From Eledone cirrhosa (Eukaryota), in NCBI GenBank assembly GCA_964016885.1, contig OZ024740.1:277450001-277514000 (forward strand): a stretch of DNA of 64,000 nucleotides. The letters are read 5' to 3'. Position numbers and translations under genes: made by a program. The notes under the pieces are model-generated. The model was not told the DNA's origin. It did no database searches and saw only the letters and a program-made list of their open reading frames with translations. Positions 13,660-27,037 of this stretch are shown in pieces. The first letter of the stretch is position 1; each line of letters begins with the position of its first letter.

Positions 13660-14992
13660 AAGATTAATAACACTCTGTTTTATAAGCGGCTCCCTACTTG
13701 CTTGGGGTAGAACATCATTTTGATTAATGAGCCAAGTAACCCAACCATTATCATTACCACATTTGTACTTCTAAATATTTTAAATAGAATTGAGGGCTAT
13801 TTTCAGTATTCTTCTTAACTGTCTCAAATTTATTTTCAGCTATTATGGATGTTTCCAGGTATAGCCATGTTTATTACTAAGAGTCAACCTTACCGAAAAA
13901 ACGTTATTTTAAGTCTTCTTTGTGTGATGCAGCTGTTGGTTTAAATATTAAACATCCCCATAATAGTATGTATTCCAGTACTTTTCTCGTGCCTGTGCAA
14001 TTTCACTGGTGTTTGAAATTCATATTTTCGACACAAATTCCAGTAGAACACACTTTATCTCGATGGCATATATACTCTTTCTAGGCTAAAGAACTTCAGG
14101 ATAGTCGTTTGGTGCGTTAGAAAGAGCAGCAAAAAATCACGTTTAAAATTACATTCTTATATAACGACACATTGGATAATTTCTGAATAAAATTTATGGG
14201 AAGATTACTACTTAAGTATCATTAATGATAGGGTGGCTCGCTCAAGGCTGACAAATGGCGTGAAGGACTCTAAACAACAAAGGCAACAGAATTTCTCAAA
14301 TATATTCCCACATATTTATATACAGGTATTTACAGCATTTGTATACAGTTATTTACGGCATTTGTATTGCGTACTTGAACCTCAAAACTACCAGATAAAA
14401 TCTGTTTTTCTTTTCTAATTTGAAATATATATCTAATAACTTTCTGCCTTGTGCTTTTTATTCCAATATTGTTTACCTCCAGAATGACACCAGATATTTC
14501 AGCAATACTTTTCTATTATTTCTGTCATACTTATTTATATTATCATTTTGATTAATTATTGTAGTGATAGTTGTTTCGCTCAACTAACACCTCACTAATA
14601 TTGATTAGAAGCTAATGCCGATTAAAAAGTACAAGGGCATTCAGTGTAATTATTATCCGTATACAATTTCCTTAATTGCACACACATTGGTAAAATATGT
14701 ATGCCTATACGCTATCAGACATCGACAACATACAAACCATTATACACATGTGCACATACTTACGGAGTCGTATATCTAGAATCATTAAATAAACTTATAA
14801 AATAAAATAAACATAATACATTATATGTTTGACTTTTCTGTCTGCCTTATTATTTCTAATTTCTACCACTTCTCTAGTTAATATAAGGTGATATTAAACA
14901 TTATGAATGGCTAATACCACCATATATATACATATACATTCACACATACACGCACACATCAAATGCACACACACTCATGTACACACACACAC

Positions 14993-15283
<291 letters not shown>

Positions 15284-15589
15284 TATATAAGGTAAACTCA
15301 TTGCGTTATTAGAGAAATAAAGAGAACTGATAACTGCCGGGAGACGAATAAGAGAAATTCGACTTTTCTAAAGTTAATAATATTTCTGGGAAAAAGTCTG
15401 AAGCCATGAGCTATAAAAAATGTGTTAAACTTCACAGAATGCGAATGTTTTTATTGATGCCTAGTATAACAACTTCAAAGTGTGTTAAAAAGTACAGCTT
15501 TACTCGTACTCAGTGCTCTTGATATATTTCTCAAAATAAATATGGAAGCTAACAAAGAGCTCAAAGAAATAGATTGTAAGAGATATAAA

Positions 15590-16633
15590 TATAATTGTTT
15601 CTACTTTTGGCATAAGGCCAGCAATTACCCAGTACATTACTGGCACTTTATTTTATCGATCCCGTAAGGATGAAAGGCAAAGTTAACCTCGGCGGAATTT
15701 GAACTCAGATCGTAAAGGGACATAACTACGCTGGAAAGCATGTCTGACCCTCTACCAATACTGATATAAATATAATTGTTTCTACTTTTGGCAAAAGGCC
15801 AGCAATTAACCAGTGTATTACTGGTACTTTATTTTATCGACCCCGTAAGGATGAAAGGCAAAGTTAAATAATTGTTTCTACTTTTGAGGCACAAGGCCAG
15901 CAATTACCCAGTACATTACTGGTACTTTATTTTATCGACCCCGTAAGGATGAAAGGCAAAGTTAACCTCGACGGGATTTGAACTCAAACCGTAAAGGGAC
16001 GTAACTATGCTAGAAAGCATGGCGTCCGACCCTCTACCGATATTGCCAATTCAATGTTATATATATAATATAGATTAACTGAATTAAAGAATTAGTTTCA
16101 ATGCTTACTTACCCTGAATATATAGGCAATATAATAATATTGTATTATATCCGAGGATATTGGAAGATTCATGTAGTCAAGTTATAATTTGTTATCAGTT
16201 TATTAGTTTCCTTGATTTAGAAATTTGAAAAATGTATGACCGCACGCAAATGACCATAATAATTGTTTCTACTTTTGGTACAATGCCAGCAATTATCCCA
16301 GTCCATTAATGGTACTTTATTTTATCGACCCCATAAGGATGAAAGATAACCTTGGCGGGATTTGATCTCAGACCGTAAAGGGACGTAACTCTATGCTAGA
16401 AAGCATGGCGTCCGACCCTCTACCGATACGGCCAACCCACAGTCACTATTATTGGATTGGCATTATCGGTAGAGGGTCGGACGCCATGCTTTGCAGCACA
16501 GAGTTATGGCCCTTTATGGTCTGAGTTAAATTCTCGCCGAGGTTAACTTTGCCTTTTATCCTTACGGAGTCAATAAAATAAAGTATTGCACTGGGATAAT
16601 TACTGGCCTGGTGCCAAAAGCAGAAACAATTAT
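15590..16633. mobile_element. Cluster of five SINE copies (four minus, then one plus, head-to-head)
   Basis: Copies at ~15590-15762, 15772-15866, 15868-16052, 16257-16440 (-) and 16453-16633 (+). Confidence 0.88.
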
Positions 16634-16949
16634 TTATAGTGATCGACTATTATTGTTATCAGTATGGTCATCTGCATTAGGACGCATACATCTGAAAATC
16701 TTAATTTTCCCACTGCTTCTTTATTCAACCATTTTAGCCGTTTTATTTGATTTTATTAACATTCAATCGTGGTTCTGAGAACTGACTGTGAGGCAAACTG
16801 AAATGTCGTTAGTTGGGAGATATACTACAAAAGTTATAATTTACATCGGCTATAAAACTCACGACGTCGAAGAGATTGGCTAGTTAATTTAAATCGAAGC
16901 CCAGAGTCTACCCAAGGACGTCATCGCTCATTCCCTCCACTAACCCTCA

Positions 16950-18450
16950 ATAGAACGCCAAGGTGGAGTTTCCACCGATCCCATCGCCCGATTGCTCGAG
17001 GGCTATGAGCACCTGAAGATATTACAAACTCCAAGTGCTCCCTCTCGTACTTCGCCTGACCCAGGACTGCAGCTCCCTCAAGGAGACGAGCTGGGGAAAA
17101 GCGTGTCTAGCAAACGGAAACGAAACGTGTTTATTGTCGAGGAAGAGGAGGTGATGCCGTAGCCTGAAGGCATGTCTGCACATCAGCCACGGCATACCCA
17201 GCCCACCACGTAGTGGGTGTTGACAGCAAATAGACCACCTGATCATCGGAGCGCGTCCCTTAGAATGGTGCATGTCTGCGCTTCTCCCACCAGACCACCG
17301 ACGACAAGCGCCAACCTCTCTGCTAGAACCTTGCCTTCACCAAAATCTTGAAATCTGCGTTTAGCAGAGTTATGCGCCTGAAATTATGTATGCTGTCCCC
17401 CTTGTTCGGGTCCTTTCCCAGCAGCGCCTCGGGTCACAGAGCTGGGAATTCTCCCGTTCTGCTGCCAGTTGCAGTAGACGTCAACCAAGAGGACGCCGAA
17501 CAAGTCTGACATGCGTACGTAAAGCCGGTTGGGCAGATCATCCAAATCAGGCTAGTTACCCATCGTGCTGCCAGTCATTGCATCCCGTACTTCATAGGCT
17601 ATTATCGGATTTTCGTAAGACTCCGCCTCAGTGGCCGAGACCACAGCAGCCGTCGAGGCAGGCACTAAAGTTCGTCCGGCGATCCATCCCGCCGCTGCTC
17701 CGAACAGCTGAGTGAAGTGTCGCTGAAAAGCCGAACACATTGCCCGGAATTGAGTAACATGCGCCCGTCGTGGTTCTGCAAAGACCGGATCGTGGCTTTG
17801 TTGCCACGACGTGCCTCTGCTACTCGGGCCCATCAAACGGCTTTCGTCCCCCTGTGTCCGAGAGCACGCGGCCTACATCTGACAACACAGCCTTCGTGCT
17901 TTGCGTTGATGAATTGTTCGAAGGCCAATCTCGCCGCAAACACGTCGGTCGCGATGCCTTTACTAAGCGCATCGTTTAATTTTCTTACTAGATATCCATC
18001 TGCTCTACTTTCTTCCATTGTAACGGCTTACTAAACCTAATGGCATCTACTGTAATCGCGCTTTTCATGGTGAGCCACCATTTGTTGTTGACGACGGCCC
18101 CCGTCAACCCCCGCTTAACTAGTTCACTAATGCGGTCTCTGTAGGCCTTGTGCGTTTTCAGCGACGCGTTTAGCTTCCAGTAGCCGGGTCCCTGTCTATG
18201 AAGCCTATCTAAGTCGACCACACAGATCACGAATGTGTTGTCCTTGTAGTCGACTATCTTGAATTGTGGACAGCTTATGCTATACCTATCTATTTACCTA
18301 CAAAATACCCTATCTAGATGACACGATGTGGTTTGTCTATGTCTACATTTGTACATTCGGGAAATCCAGACGATACCTGTCAGACAGTTAAAAACGTTTT
18401 GGCAGGTTTGCGAGGCTATTACACCGTCCTCCCCTATCCGCTAATCCCAC
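16950..18450 (-). mobile_element. Decayed L1/Tx1-type LINE ORF2 fragment
   Basis: RQGPGYWKLNASL...WW..MKSAI linker that follows the APE domain in L1/Tx1 ORF2; GC-rich; right end resembles 29130-29215. Confidence 0.75.
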
Positions 18451-18752
18451 ACAGTGTCACTCTTCTTTCCTGATTTATCATTACTCCAAGGGTTTACAAC
18501 ATAAAAATTACCGCGTACTCGCATCATCACTCTGGAAACACCTTGTTGAGTCAAATTTAGCCAAGCGTTGATATCATCCACTACTCGGAGTACCATAACT
18601 GGACTACACTTAAGTGGACTACTTATAACAATAATCTGTTACCCCGTATATATATATATATAAATATATATATATTAATATATATATATATATGTGTGGA
18701 TTTAACCCCCAAAACTCTTTCCGAGCAATATAAGGAACACTTGTGATTATTT

Positions 18753-18794
18753 ATGCCCTTGAGAAGCCCAACTAGGCGAAACGTACGTAGGTGC
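18753..18794 (+). ncRNA. Minimal hammerhead with U3-A8-type core (TTGAGAA)
   Basis: TTGAGAA-GCC-caacta-GGC-GAAAC-gtac-GTA|GG; AATAAA at 18802; stem I weak. Confidence 0.62.
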
Positions 18795-18848
18795 TGTTTT
18801 AAATAAACATGTTTTAACGGCCTATTCTCCGATTTTTTACTTTCCCAC

Positions 18849-18889
<41 letters not shown>

Positions 18890-18994
18890 CTCACAAATAT
18901 AGAATATATATATATATATATTCTATTTGCCAGTATAAACTCGGCCGAACAAGAAGTAGAAAAAGATATAGATTTATATACACGCACGCACGTG

Positions 18995-19068
<74 letters not shown>

Positions 19069-20349
19069 CTGTATCAATAAATGCATTTACTCGTGATACA
19101 AGTTTCGCCAACTAACTGATTATAATGCCACGTGCTTCTAACATTACTAAAACGTAAACAAAGTAATCACTGGATTTCGCATTATTTAAAACAAATTAAA
19201 TAAAAACTTATAAAATGTAAACATATTTTAGGAATCAGATTAATCAATGGTTATTCAGAAACAAGACATATAGAGGAATGTGTAAACACTTATGTAAATA
19301 AATGATTACAACAGCACAATCTGATTGGAGAACTGCTGACTACTCATCGTTTGGTTTTATAATTTTTCAGATACATTACTTTCTATTAATTAATCTACAG
19401 TAGTGGATACCGTTATGTTAACGATCCTATTTAAACAGAAGCCTGTAAATCTGTAACAACACAAAATTTAAGTCTAAATTAAACGTTTGAGGGAAATTCA
19501 ATTAGAGATATACACACATATACGCACAAACAATCATGCGCACATGCTCACACATACACACAAAATGATATTATTTTAGTTGAAAATGTTAAATTACAAA
19601 ATAAATATTGATGTTATTATAGCGAAATATTTATTTCTATAATTATTCTAACAGCTCTTTTCTGAACGGTAAGTTTATCCTGTTTATCTATTTACTTCCT
19701 TGTCGATAGTGATTACTGAAATTAAAATGACATATTTGTATTCTATATGGTTCCGCTCATTATATTCATCTCCGATATATATACCATGCAAAATTCACAT
19801 AGACCTCTAATTGCATTTGATATCACGCGTATTTATAAGGATCGGCAAAAAAGTTCATTGGCTGACTATGAAGGGTTCATTCTAGAGCTGTGAAATCTTA
19901 CATGCATTAATTTCAACTCTTCTTATTAATAACTACATTGTTTCTTTCCAGGGTCTATGTTGAAAAATAAACCTCATTTGGTCACTATCATAGTATTTTG
20001 GCCATTCGTTGAAGGAGTAATGCTAGAGCTGTGAAATCTCGCATGCATTGATTTCAACGACTATTAATAACTGCATTGTTTCTTTCCAGGGACTATGTTG
20101 AAAAATAAACCTCATGTAATCATTCCGTGAGGATATCTTGGTCAGACTACAAAGTTTTCAGTCTAAGAAATTTTCAGGCAGGCGAACCTTGAATAATTCT
20201 GTGAATAATGGACAAACAGAAACCAGAATTTCATGATCAGTAAAGATATAGATTATATGGACAAATATATTTCTATATATATACAGAATTGGATCATTCA
20301 TAAGGGTACTTTTTAGACTTTGCTGTTATCACAGTTCATTATTTTATCG

Positions 20350-20537
20350 AGGGCGGTGGATTGGCAGTATCGGTAGAGGGTCGGAAGCCATGCTTTCCAG
20401 CATAGTTACGTGCCTTTACGATTTGAGTTCAAATCCCGCCGAGGTTGACTTTGCCTTTCATCTTTACGGGGTCGATAAAATAAAGTACCAGTAATGCACT
20501 GGGTAATTGCTGGCCTTGTGCCTAAAGTAGAAACAAT
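20350..20537 (+). mobile_element. Full-length tRNA-derived SINE
   Basis: Same family; TSD ATTATTTTATCG at 20338-20349 and 20536-20547. A diverged partial copy lies at ~20725-20838 (-). Confidence 0.9.
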
Positions 20538-20846
20538 TATTTTATCGTTCTAAATCTGATTTCTGCCACTCATAATGGGTGGTGGGACACATATATATGT
20601 GTGTGTGGAGTCGTAGAGGCACCATCATACAGCGTGTCTAGGGCACTTTTAAACCCGGTGGAGCCCAACCCTCTACAGTTCTGAACACGGTCGATTTTTT
20701 TACAGAAGAATCGACCCCAGTACTGGAAGGATGAAAGGCAAAGTTGACCACGCCAGGATTTGAAATCAAAGCGCGCAATGAGGTGGAACGAATGCTGTAA
20801 AAGTATTCTATCCGACGTCTTAACGAGCCTGCCAATTCCCCTTATA

Positions 20847-22036
20847 TCTATATCTGTATATATATAAAATTGAGTATGTGCGTGTGTCTGTGTATCTGTG
20901 TATTACCTATAGGGGCCTACATCTTACGACCGATTTTCATGAAACTTTACAGGCTCATAGATTAGTCATCCGGGAGTGTTTTCTATATATCAGCGTATCG
21001 TTTTTTTTATTCAGCGGTCATTCTGCAGATGAAAATCGATAGGGGGGGGGGTACCTTTTTTTAGGTACAGAAAAATAAGATTTTTGGCTCTAGCTCCCAC
21101 ATTTTACCACCGATTTCGTTCAAATTTTAAAGCAAAATAGAATTTATCATTGCACATCCTGAAATGGCTATATATTTTGGATTTGTTATTGAGGGACGGC
21201 GTGGCAGCCGCTTAAATATTAAAACATATAACTTTTGGACTCAAATTTCCACTTTGTCGGCTCTAGCTCCCACATTAATCAACTTACTTTGTTGAAATTT
21301 TACACTACGCTAGATCTGATTATTTAACGTCTTAAAGTGGCTTTACATTTTGGATTTCTTTCAGGAACGGCGTGGCAACCGCTTAAATATTCGAAAATAC
21401 CACCTTTTCGCTCAAATTTCCGCCTTGTCGGCTCTAGCGCCCACATTTTTCAACCGATTTCGTTCAAATTCGAAACTTCGACTCCACCTCACACATAAAT
21501 CAATTTATTTGGTTCAAGTGTTATACTACGATAGAACCTATCATTGCACATCTTATAGTAGATTTACACTTTGCATTTTTTATTCAGGGACGGCGACCTA
21601 TCATTAGCTCCCACATTTTTCAACCGATTTCGTTCAAATTCGAAATTTCGGCTGCACCTCACACATAAATCAATTCATTTGGTTCAACTTTTATACTACA
21701 ATAGAACCTATCATTGCACATCTTATAGATGTTCAAAGGCAAAACGATGGCCACTGATGTCTGAGCTTTTAGTTGTGTATTTGAGAATTCATCGGTTTCC
21801 AATCAAGTAGCGTGAGGAAATTTGGCTTAGAGTTAGAGGTCATTACCTCTCTCCCCCAGCATGCCCCTTCCTCAGTCACCCGCGTTTCTCAGTGATATAG
21901 GTCATCACCATCCTCGCACGCATGGCCTGTGTGTGGCCATAGATGAATCATCGAGAAGCAGTCGCTAAGATCAACATCTTTTCATCAAAGCGGATATTAT
22001 TTTACTTACCCAGGCAACGCTGGGTACTGCTGCTAG
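20847..22036 (+). mobile_element. Non-autonomous Helitron with internal tandem subrepeats
   Basis: 5' TC; 3' hairpin ACCCAGGCAACGCTGGGT followed by CTAG|T; repeated GCTCTAGCTCCCACATT units. Confidence 0.85.
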
Positions 22037-22539
22037 TATATATATATACACGCGTGTGCGTGTGTGTGTTTGTGATTGTGTGTATGTGTGTGTGAGTGTA
22101 AACCCGTAGAGCAATTATTTATTATTTGGACAGATTAAACGTTTAGCAAAAATTTCTTCTTTTACCCTAAAGCCTCCGCTTTAGGGTTCTAACAAAAAAT
22201 AATTCAAAGTCGTCTAAGGTTTTCCAACCGATTGAGGACAATTTTGAACCGCTGAATCCGAAAATGACATCCGTTTATCTCGATGTTCATTTTGATCGGT
22301 GGTTTAACAATAAGGAATGTTTTGGTGTGTATGATAGGTGGGGGACAGAGTATAATGAAGAGGTGGTGGTGGTGGTGATGGTGGGGAGCGATGGTTGGTG
22401 TGAGTTGCCGGTATGTGGCGCTTTGGCTATTTCATAGATATTATGGCGTATATGTAGTGAAGCGACTGGAAACTAAGCATCGGTGAACCTATAGTAACTG
22501 GACGTTACATTCCTTATATCTATCTCTCTATCTCTCTCT

Positions 22540-22594
<55 letters not shown>

Positions 22595-22595
<1 letters not shown>

Positions 22596-23408
22596 TAGCA
22601 GCAGTACCCAGCTTTGCCTGGGTAGGTAAAATAATATCTGCTTTGATTAAAAGGTGTTGATCTTAGCGACTGCTTCTCGATGACTCATCCATGGCCACTC
22701 ACAGGCCATGCGGGGGAGGGTGGTGATGACCTCTATCACTGAGAAACGCGGGCGACTGATGAAAGGGCATGCATGGGAGTTTCGAATTTGAACGAAATCG
22801 GTTGAACAATGTAGGAGCTAGAGTCGAAAAGGCTGAAATTTGATCGAAAAGGTGGTATTTTCGAATATTTAAGCGGCTGCCACGCCGTTTCTGAACAAAA
22901 AGTCCAAAATGTAAAGCCATTTTAAGACGTAAAGTAATCAGATCTAGCGAAGTGTAAAATTTGAACAAAGTAAGTTGATTAATGTGGGAGCTAGAGCCGA
23001 AGAAGTGGAAATTTGAGTCTAAAAGTGGTATTTTTTATTATTTAAGCGGCTGCCACGCCGTCTCTGAACAACAGATGCCAAATATAAAGCCATCACAAGA
23101 TGTGCTATGATAAATTCTATTTTGCATTAAGATTTGAACGAAATCAGTGCCAAACTGTGGGAGCTAGAACCCAAAATCTTATTTTTCGGTGGCTAAAAAA
23201 AGGTGAACGCCTATCGATTTTTATCTGCAGAATGATGCCGGAATAAAACATCGATACGCTGATATATAGAAAACACTCCCCGATGACTAATCTATGAGCA
23301 CAGTAAAGTTTTATGAAAATCTTCGTAAGATGTAGGCCCCCTATAGGTAATACACAGACACACACACACACACACATACACACACATACTTAATTTTATA
23401 TATATATA
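22595..23408 (-). mobile_element. Second copy of the same Helitron, inverted
   Basis: Reverse complement of 20847-22036 with internal deletions; CTAG at 22595-22598. Confidence 0.85.
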
Positions 23409-23474
23409 CATAGTATAAAAGAGAAAACACAGGTAAGCATTAAGAGAACGATTTTATCCAGGTATTTACGACCG

Positions 23475-23518
<44 letters not shown>

Positions 23519-23527
<9 letters not shown>

Positions 23528-24366
23528 CATTATCGGAGAAAGCTAATAGCGATACTCCGGCCAAATCCCAACTCACTCAAGAAACATTAGGAAATAAGTG
23601 AGTATATTCCTAATTAAACGTTCGGGGTGCTAACTAATTGTATTGTGTGGAAAATTGGCTGTATTATTTCATATGAGATACATGAAATATATCTCTTCCC
23701 AGGCGGACGTCTCGTTTCATTATAAGATTCCTACAAATTGGGTGAAATTATACCAATTTATGTAGAAGCTTGTATAAGATCAACAGATACTTATTGAAGT
23801 GGGCTCTTATAATTCTTCAGTGGTTGTCCAATAATATTAATATTGATAATCAAATCAACAGCAATATTTAGCGATAATCACAATCAGTGCCTGAGGTAGC
23901 TGCTAGGTTGCTAGCCCAGCAGTTCTAAAGAAATTCTCATACTGTCTCAAATAAAGAGGAAGGAGATTACCGCCAAAAATCAATACATGCGCAGGACAAT
24001 GAATTCTAAAAGGAATTCAAGCCACGTGCTAGAACTCAACTGGAATTTGAAAAAATATACATATGTGTACATCGTTTGATGACACACATAGATATTTTCT
24101 CGAACAGAATGAGATACAAGAAACAATCAATATTCATATATAAAAATAAACAAAGAGAGTCAAATCTTATATCGGGAAGTTCATATCTGTTGGACCAAGA
24201 GTAAATATATAAATACATTATCGGAGAAAGCTAATGGCGATACTCCGGCCAAATCCCAACTCACTCAACAAATATTAAGAAATAAGTGAGTATATTCCTA
24301 ATTAAACGCTCGGGGTGCTAACTAATTATCTTGTCTGGAAAATTGGCTGTATTATTTCATGAGATA
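23519..24366 (-). mobile_element. PLE terminal region with ~155-bp direct repeats
   Basis: 23519-23670 is repeated at 24207-24360; a hammerhead core lies between them; flanked by (TA)n. Confidence 0.65.
23702..23824 (-). ncRNA. Hammerhead core with 95-nt stem II domain
   Basis: Minus strand: CTGAAGA-ATTATAAGA...TCTTATAAT-GAAACG-aga-CGTC; perfect 9-bp basal stem II; stem I poor. Confidence 0.68.
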
Positions 24367-24369
24367 TAT

Positions 24370-24411
<42 letters not shown>

Positions 24412-24461
24412 TAATAAAATGACAGGAGGCTGGACTTGTGTAAATCCTTGAAAAGTTTATT

Positions 24462-24519
24462 ATACTATGATCATTTCAATGACTGGGTTCCCTATGAATC
24501 CGGTGATATCATCAGGTAT
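24462..24519 (-). ncRNA. Hammerhead, type I (same family as 58510 and 60656)
   Basis: Minus strand: ATAC-CTGATGA-stem II-GAAAT-gatc-ATA|GTAT. Confidence 0.75.
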
Positions 24520-24531
24520 TCGAAATATAAT

Positions 24532-24717
24532 TGTTTCTACTTTAGGCACAAGGCCAGCAATTAACCAGTGCATTACTGGTACTTTATTTTATCGACCCCG
24601 TAAGGATGAAAGGCAAAGTCAACCTCGGCAGGATTTGAACTCAGACTGTAAAGGGACGTAACTATGCTGGAAAGCATGGCGTCCGACCCTCTACCGATAC
24701 TGCCAATTCACCGCCTT
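24532..24717 (-). mobile_element. SINE inserted into a PLE pseudo-LTR
   Basis: 20-bp TSD TCAGGTATTCGAAATATAAT at 24512-24531 and 24718-24737. Confidence 0.9.
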
Positions 24718-24992
24718 TCAGGTATTCGAAATATAATAAATAAATGTAATAGATAAAATCCATGGGGCTGAAAATGAAAGACCGGAGGACGACCAACCAT
24801 CTAACATCTTCCACTTTAGCCGGTCGCCCTCAAGTGGTGGCTATTCAGTGTACTTAAGGTGTGGTGAGGGGGCTAAAGCTTATAGTGTGCTACTCACCTC
24901 TAGGTCAAAGAGAAGAAAAACAGAAAGGAAGAGGAAGATAAGTCAGCGTTAATATTATGCTACACGAAAAAAATGTGAATCTTCAAACCCTG

Positions 24993-25031
<39 letters not shown>

Positions 25032-25403
25032 TGTTGAAGGAGAGAAGAAACAGTTACAAAAAGAAAAGGTCTTATTAGTTTCTCGCTTATTATTGAAAAG
25101 AGGAAAGAAATTTTGACCTATCGGGGGTAAGTCCTTTTTCGGGAGCACAAAATAGAGACAGAATCACAAAGGAGGAACAGAAAAAAGGTCCGAGTAAAGA
25201 AAAAAAAAGTATAAAAGATAGTATGTGTATGCATATGTCCATGTGGTAGTGGTAGTGGGCATGTATGTGTGAGTGAATGTAAGTTTGAATGCGTGTACTC
25301 TATATGTGCGTTGAAGTAATTTTATGTATGTGTAATGTATCTGTCTTAACGTATGTCCGTGAGGTGTGTAGGTTTGTATGTGTGAGTGTATGATTGAATT
25401 TTA

Positions 25404-25643
25404 AGTAGCAGCAGTAGTAGTAGTAGTAGTAGCGGTAGTAATAGTAGCGGTAGTAATAGCAGCAGTAGTAATAGCAGCAGTAGTAGTAGTAGTACTACTA
25501 CTACTAGCAGCAGTAGTAGTAGATGTAGTAGTAGTAGATGTAGTAGTAGTAGTAGTAGTAGTAGTACTAGTAGTAGTAGTAGTACTAGTAGCAGCAGTAG
25601 TAATAGCAGCAGTAGTAGTAGTAGTAGTACTACTACTAGCAGC
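25404..25643. repeat. (TAG/CAG)n trinucleotide repeat
   Basis: Direct reading. Confidence 0.95.
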
Positions 25644-25728
25644 ATATGTTGAAGTTTATAATGTGTACTTGTAAAGTATCTAACTGTGATTTGTATGTAA
25701 GCGTGTATGTATTAACGAGTATGTGTCA

Positions 25729-25833
25729 CAATTGTTTCTACTTTAGGCACAAGGCCAGCAATTAACCAGTGCATTACTGGTACTTTATTTTATCGACCCC
25801 ATAAGGATAAAAGGCAAAGTCAACCTCGGCGGG
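25729..25833 (-). mobile_element. 5'-truncated SINE
   Basis: Core sequence present; TSD ATGTGTCA at 25721 and 25834. Confidence 0.8.
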
Positions 25834-25899
25834 ATGTGTCATAATATAAAGCAAGTATGTTTAGTGTGTGATAGAGAGTATATGACAGAACAGATTAAA

Positions 25900-26959
25900 G
25901 GAAGATGGGTGGCGCATTAAGGTGAGGAGGAAAAAAGGTTTGTAAAGAGAAAATAATTTGCTGTTCTCTCCACCAACACAAGCCACTGGTCCGGCACAAT
26001 TTGCGAGCCCAAAGACACTGAGGTGGCGTGTGGAGTGGCAGGTGGATCAAAAATGTTGGGAGGTCGGAGTCGGGTTGCCGACCCAGATGTCCCGAATGAG
26101 TTCAGTAAATCTGACGGTCAGACGACGGCCAGTTTGACCAAGGTAGATGGCACAGAGTACAATGGGGCCCATATAGAAGGCTGGTGGATGTGCAGCGGAA
26201 GGAGTCCGTAACCTGGAAGGGCCAGTAATTGAGACGGAAAAAGGGTACGGGAGATAAAGCTGCATGTTTGGCAGTGGGGTCGGAAAACGCTGCTGGGATC
26301 CAGGAGATGTGTTGGAGGAGTAAGGCCGCTGAGGACGAGGAGGTTTTGAAGATTAAGAGCGCGCTTGAATGGAGGAATGGGTGAGGTAGAGGGATTAGAC
26401 TGTAAGTGGCGGAAAAGACGGTGGATCGTCCTTTGGAGGGGCAAGGTAGAAGAGTGGTAGATGAAGGGGAAGGGCAGGTGATTGGTAGGGAGTAGTGGTG
26501 TTGAGTAAGTGCAATGGTGCGATGGACGCCACGGGTGAGGGCAGCTTGGATCAGAGTAGGGAGTATCCACGTCTCGTGAAAAGTCTGGCCATGTTATTAG
26601 ACTGAATCTCAAAATCATGGGTTCGACTACACAGGTGGCGTAGACGGAGGAATTGGGAATAGGCAATAGGGAATAGAGTGTTTTGTGGGGGTGGAGTGTG
26701 AGGAGGAGAAGTCGAGGTAGGTGTGGGAGTCCGAGGGCTCAATGTAAGGGGAGGTGAAGAGGGAGTGATTGGAGCGGTCAACGGTTACAGATATGTCCAG
26801 GAAGTTAACAGAAAAAGTGGAGATAAAGATGGTGAACTCGAAGGTGGCGTGGAAGGCGCAGATAAAGTACAAAAAGGAGCAGAGTTGGGCTAGGGTGGGA
26901 GACGTGGTGCTAAAACAGTCATCAGTGTACAGACCGTAATGTTCAGGTTTTGGGCCAGA

Positions 26960-26960
<1 letters not shown>
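25900..26960 (-). pseudogene. Decayed Neptune-type PLE: RT C-terminus and GIY-YIG
   Basis: YGLYTDDCF, VNFLDISV, PSDSHTYLDFSSSH, SQFLRLRHLCS, AIYLGQTGRRLTVRF; paralogous to 34180-35640. Confidence 0.85.

Positions 26961-27035
<75 letters not shown>

Positions 27036-27037
<2 letters not shown>

Noticed and set aside
20350-20440. tRNA gene
   Set aside because: The A/B boxes belong to a multicopy SINE with TSDs; no canonical cloverleaf.
21085-21730. CRISPR-like repeats
   Set aside because: Long degenerate subrepeats inside a Helitron; no unique spacers or cas genes; eukaryotic context.
25346-25645. Poly-Leu membrane-like ORF
   Set aside because: Translation of a (CTA/CTG)n repeat.
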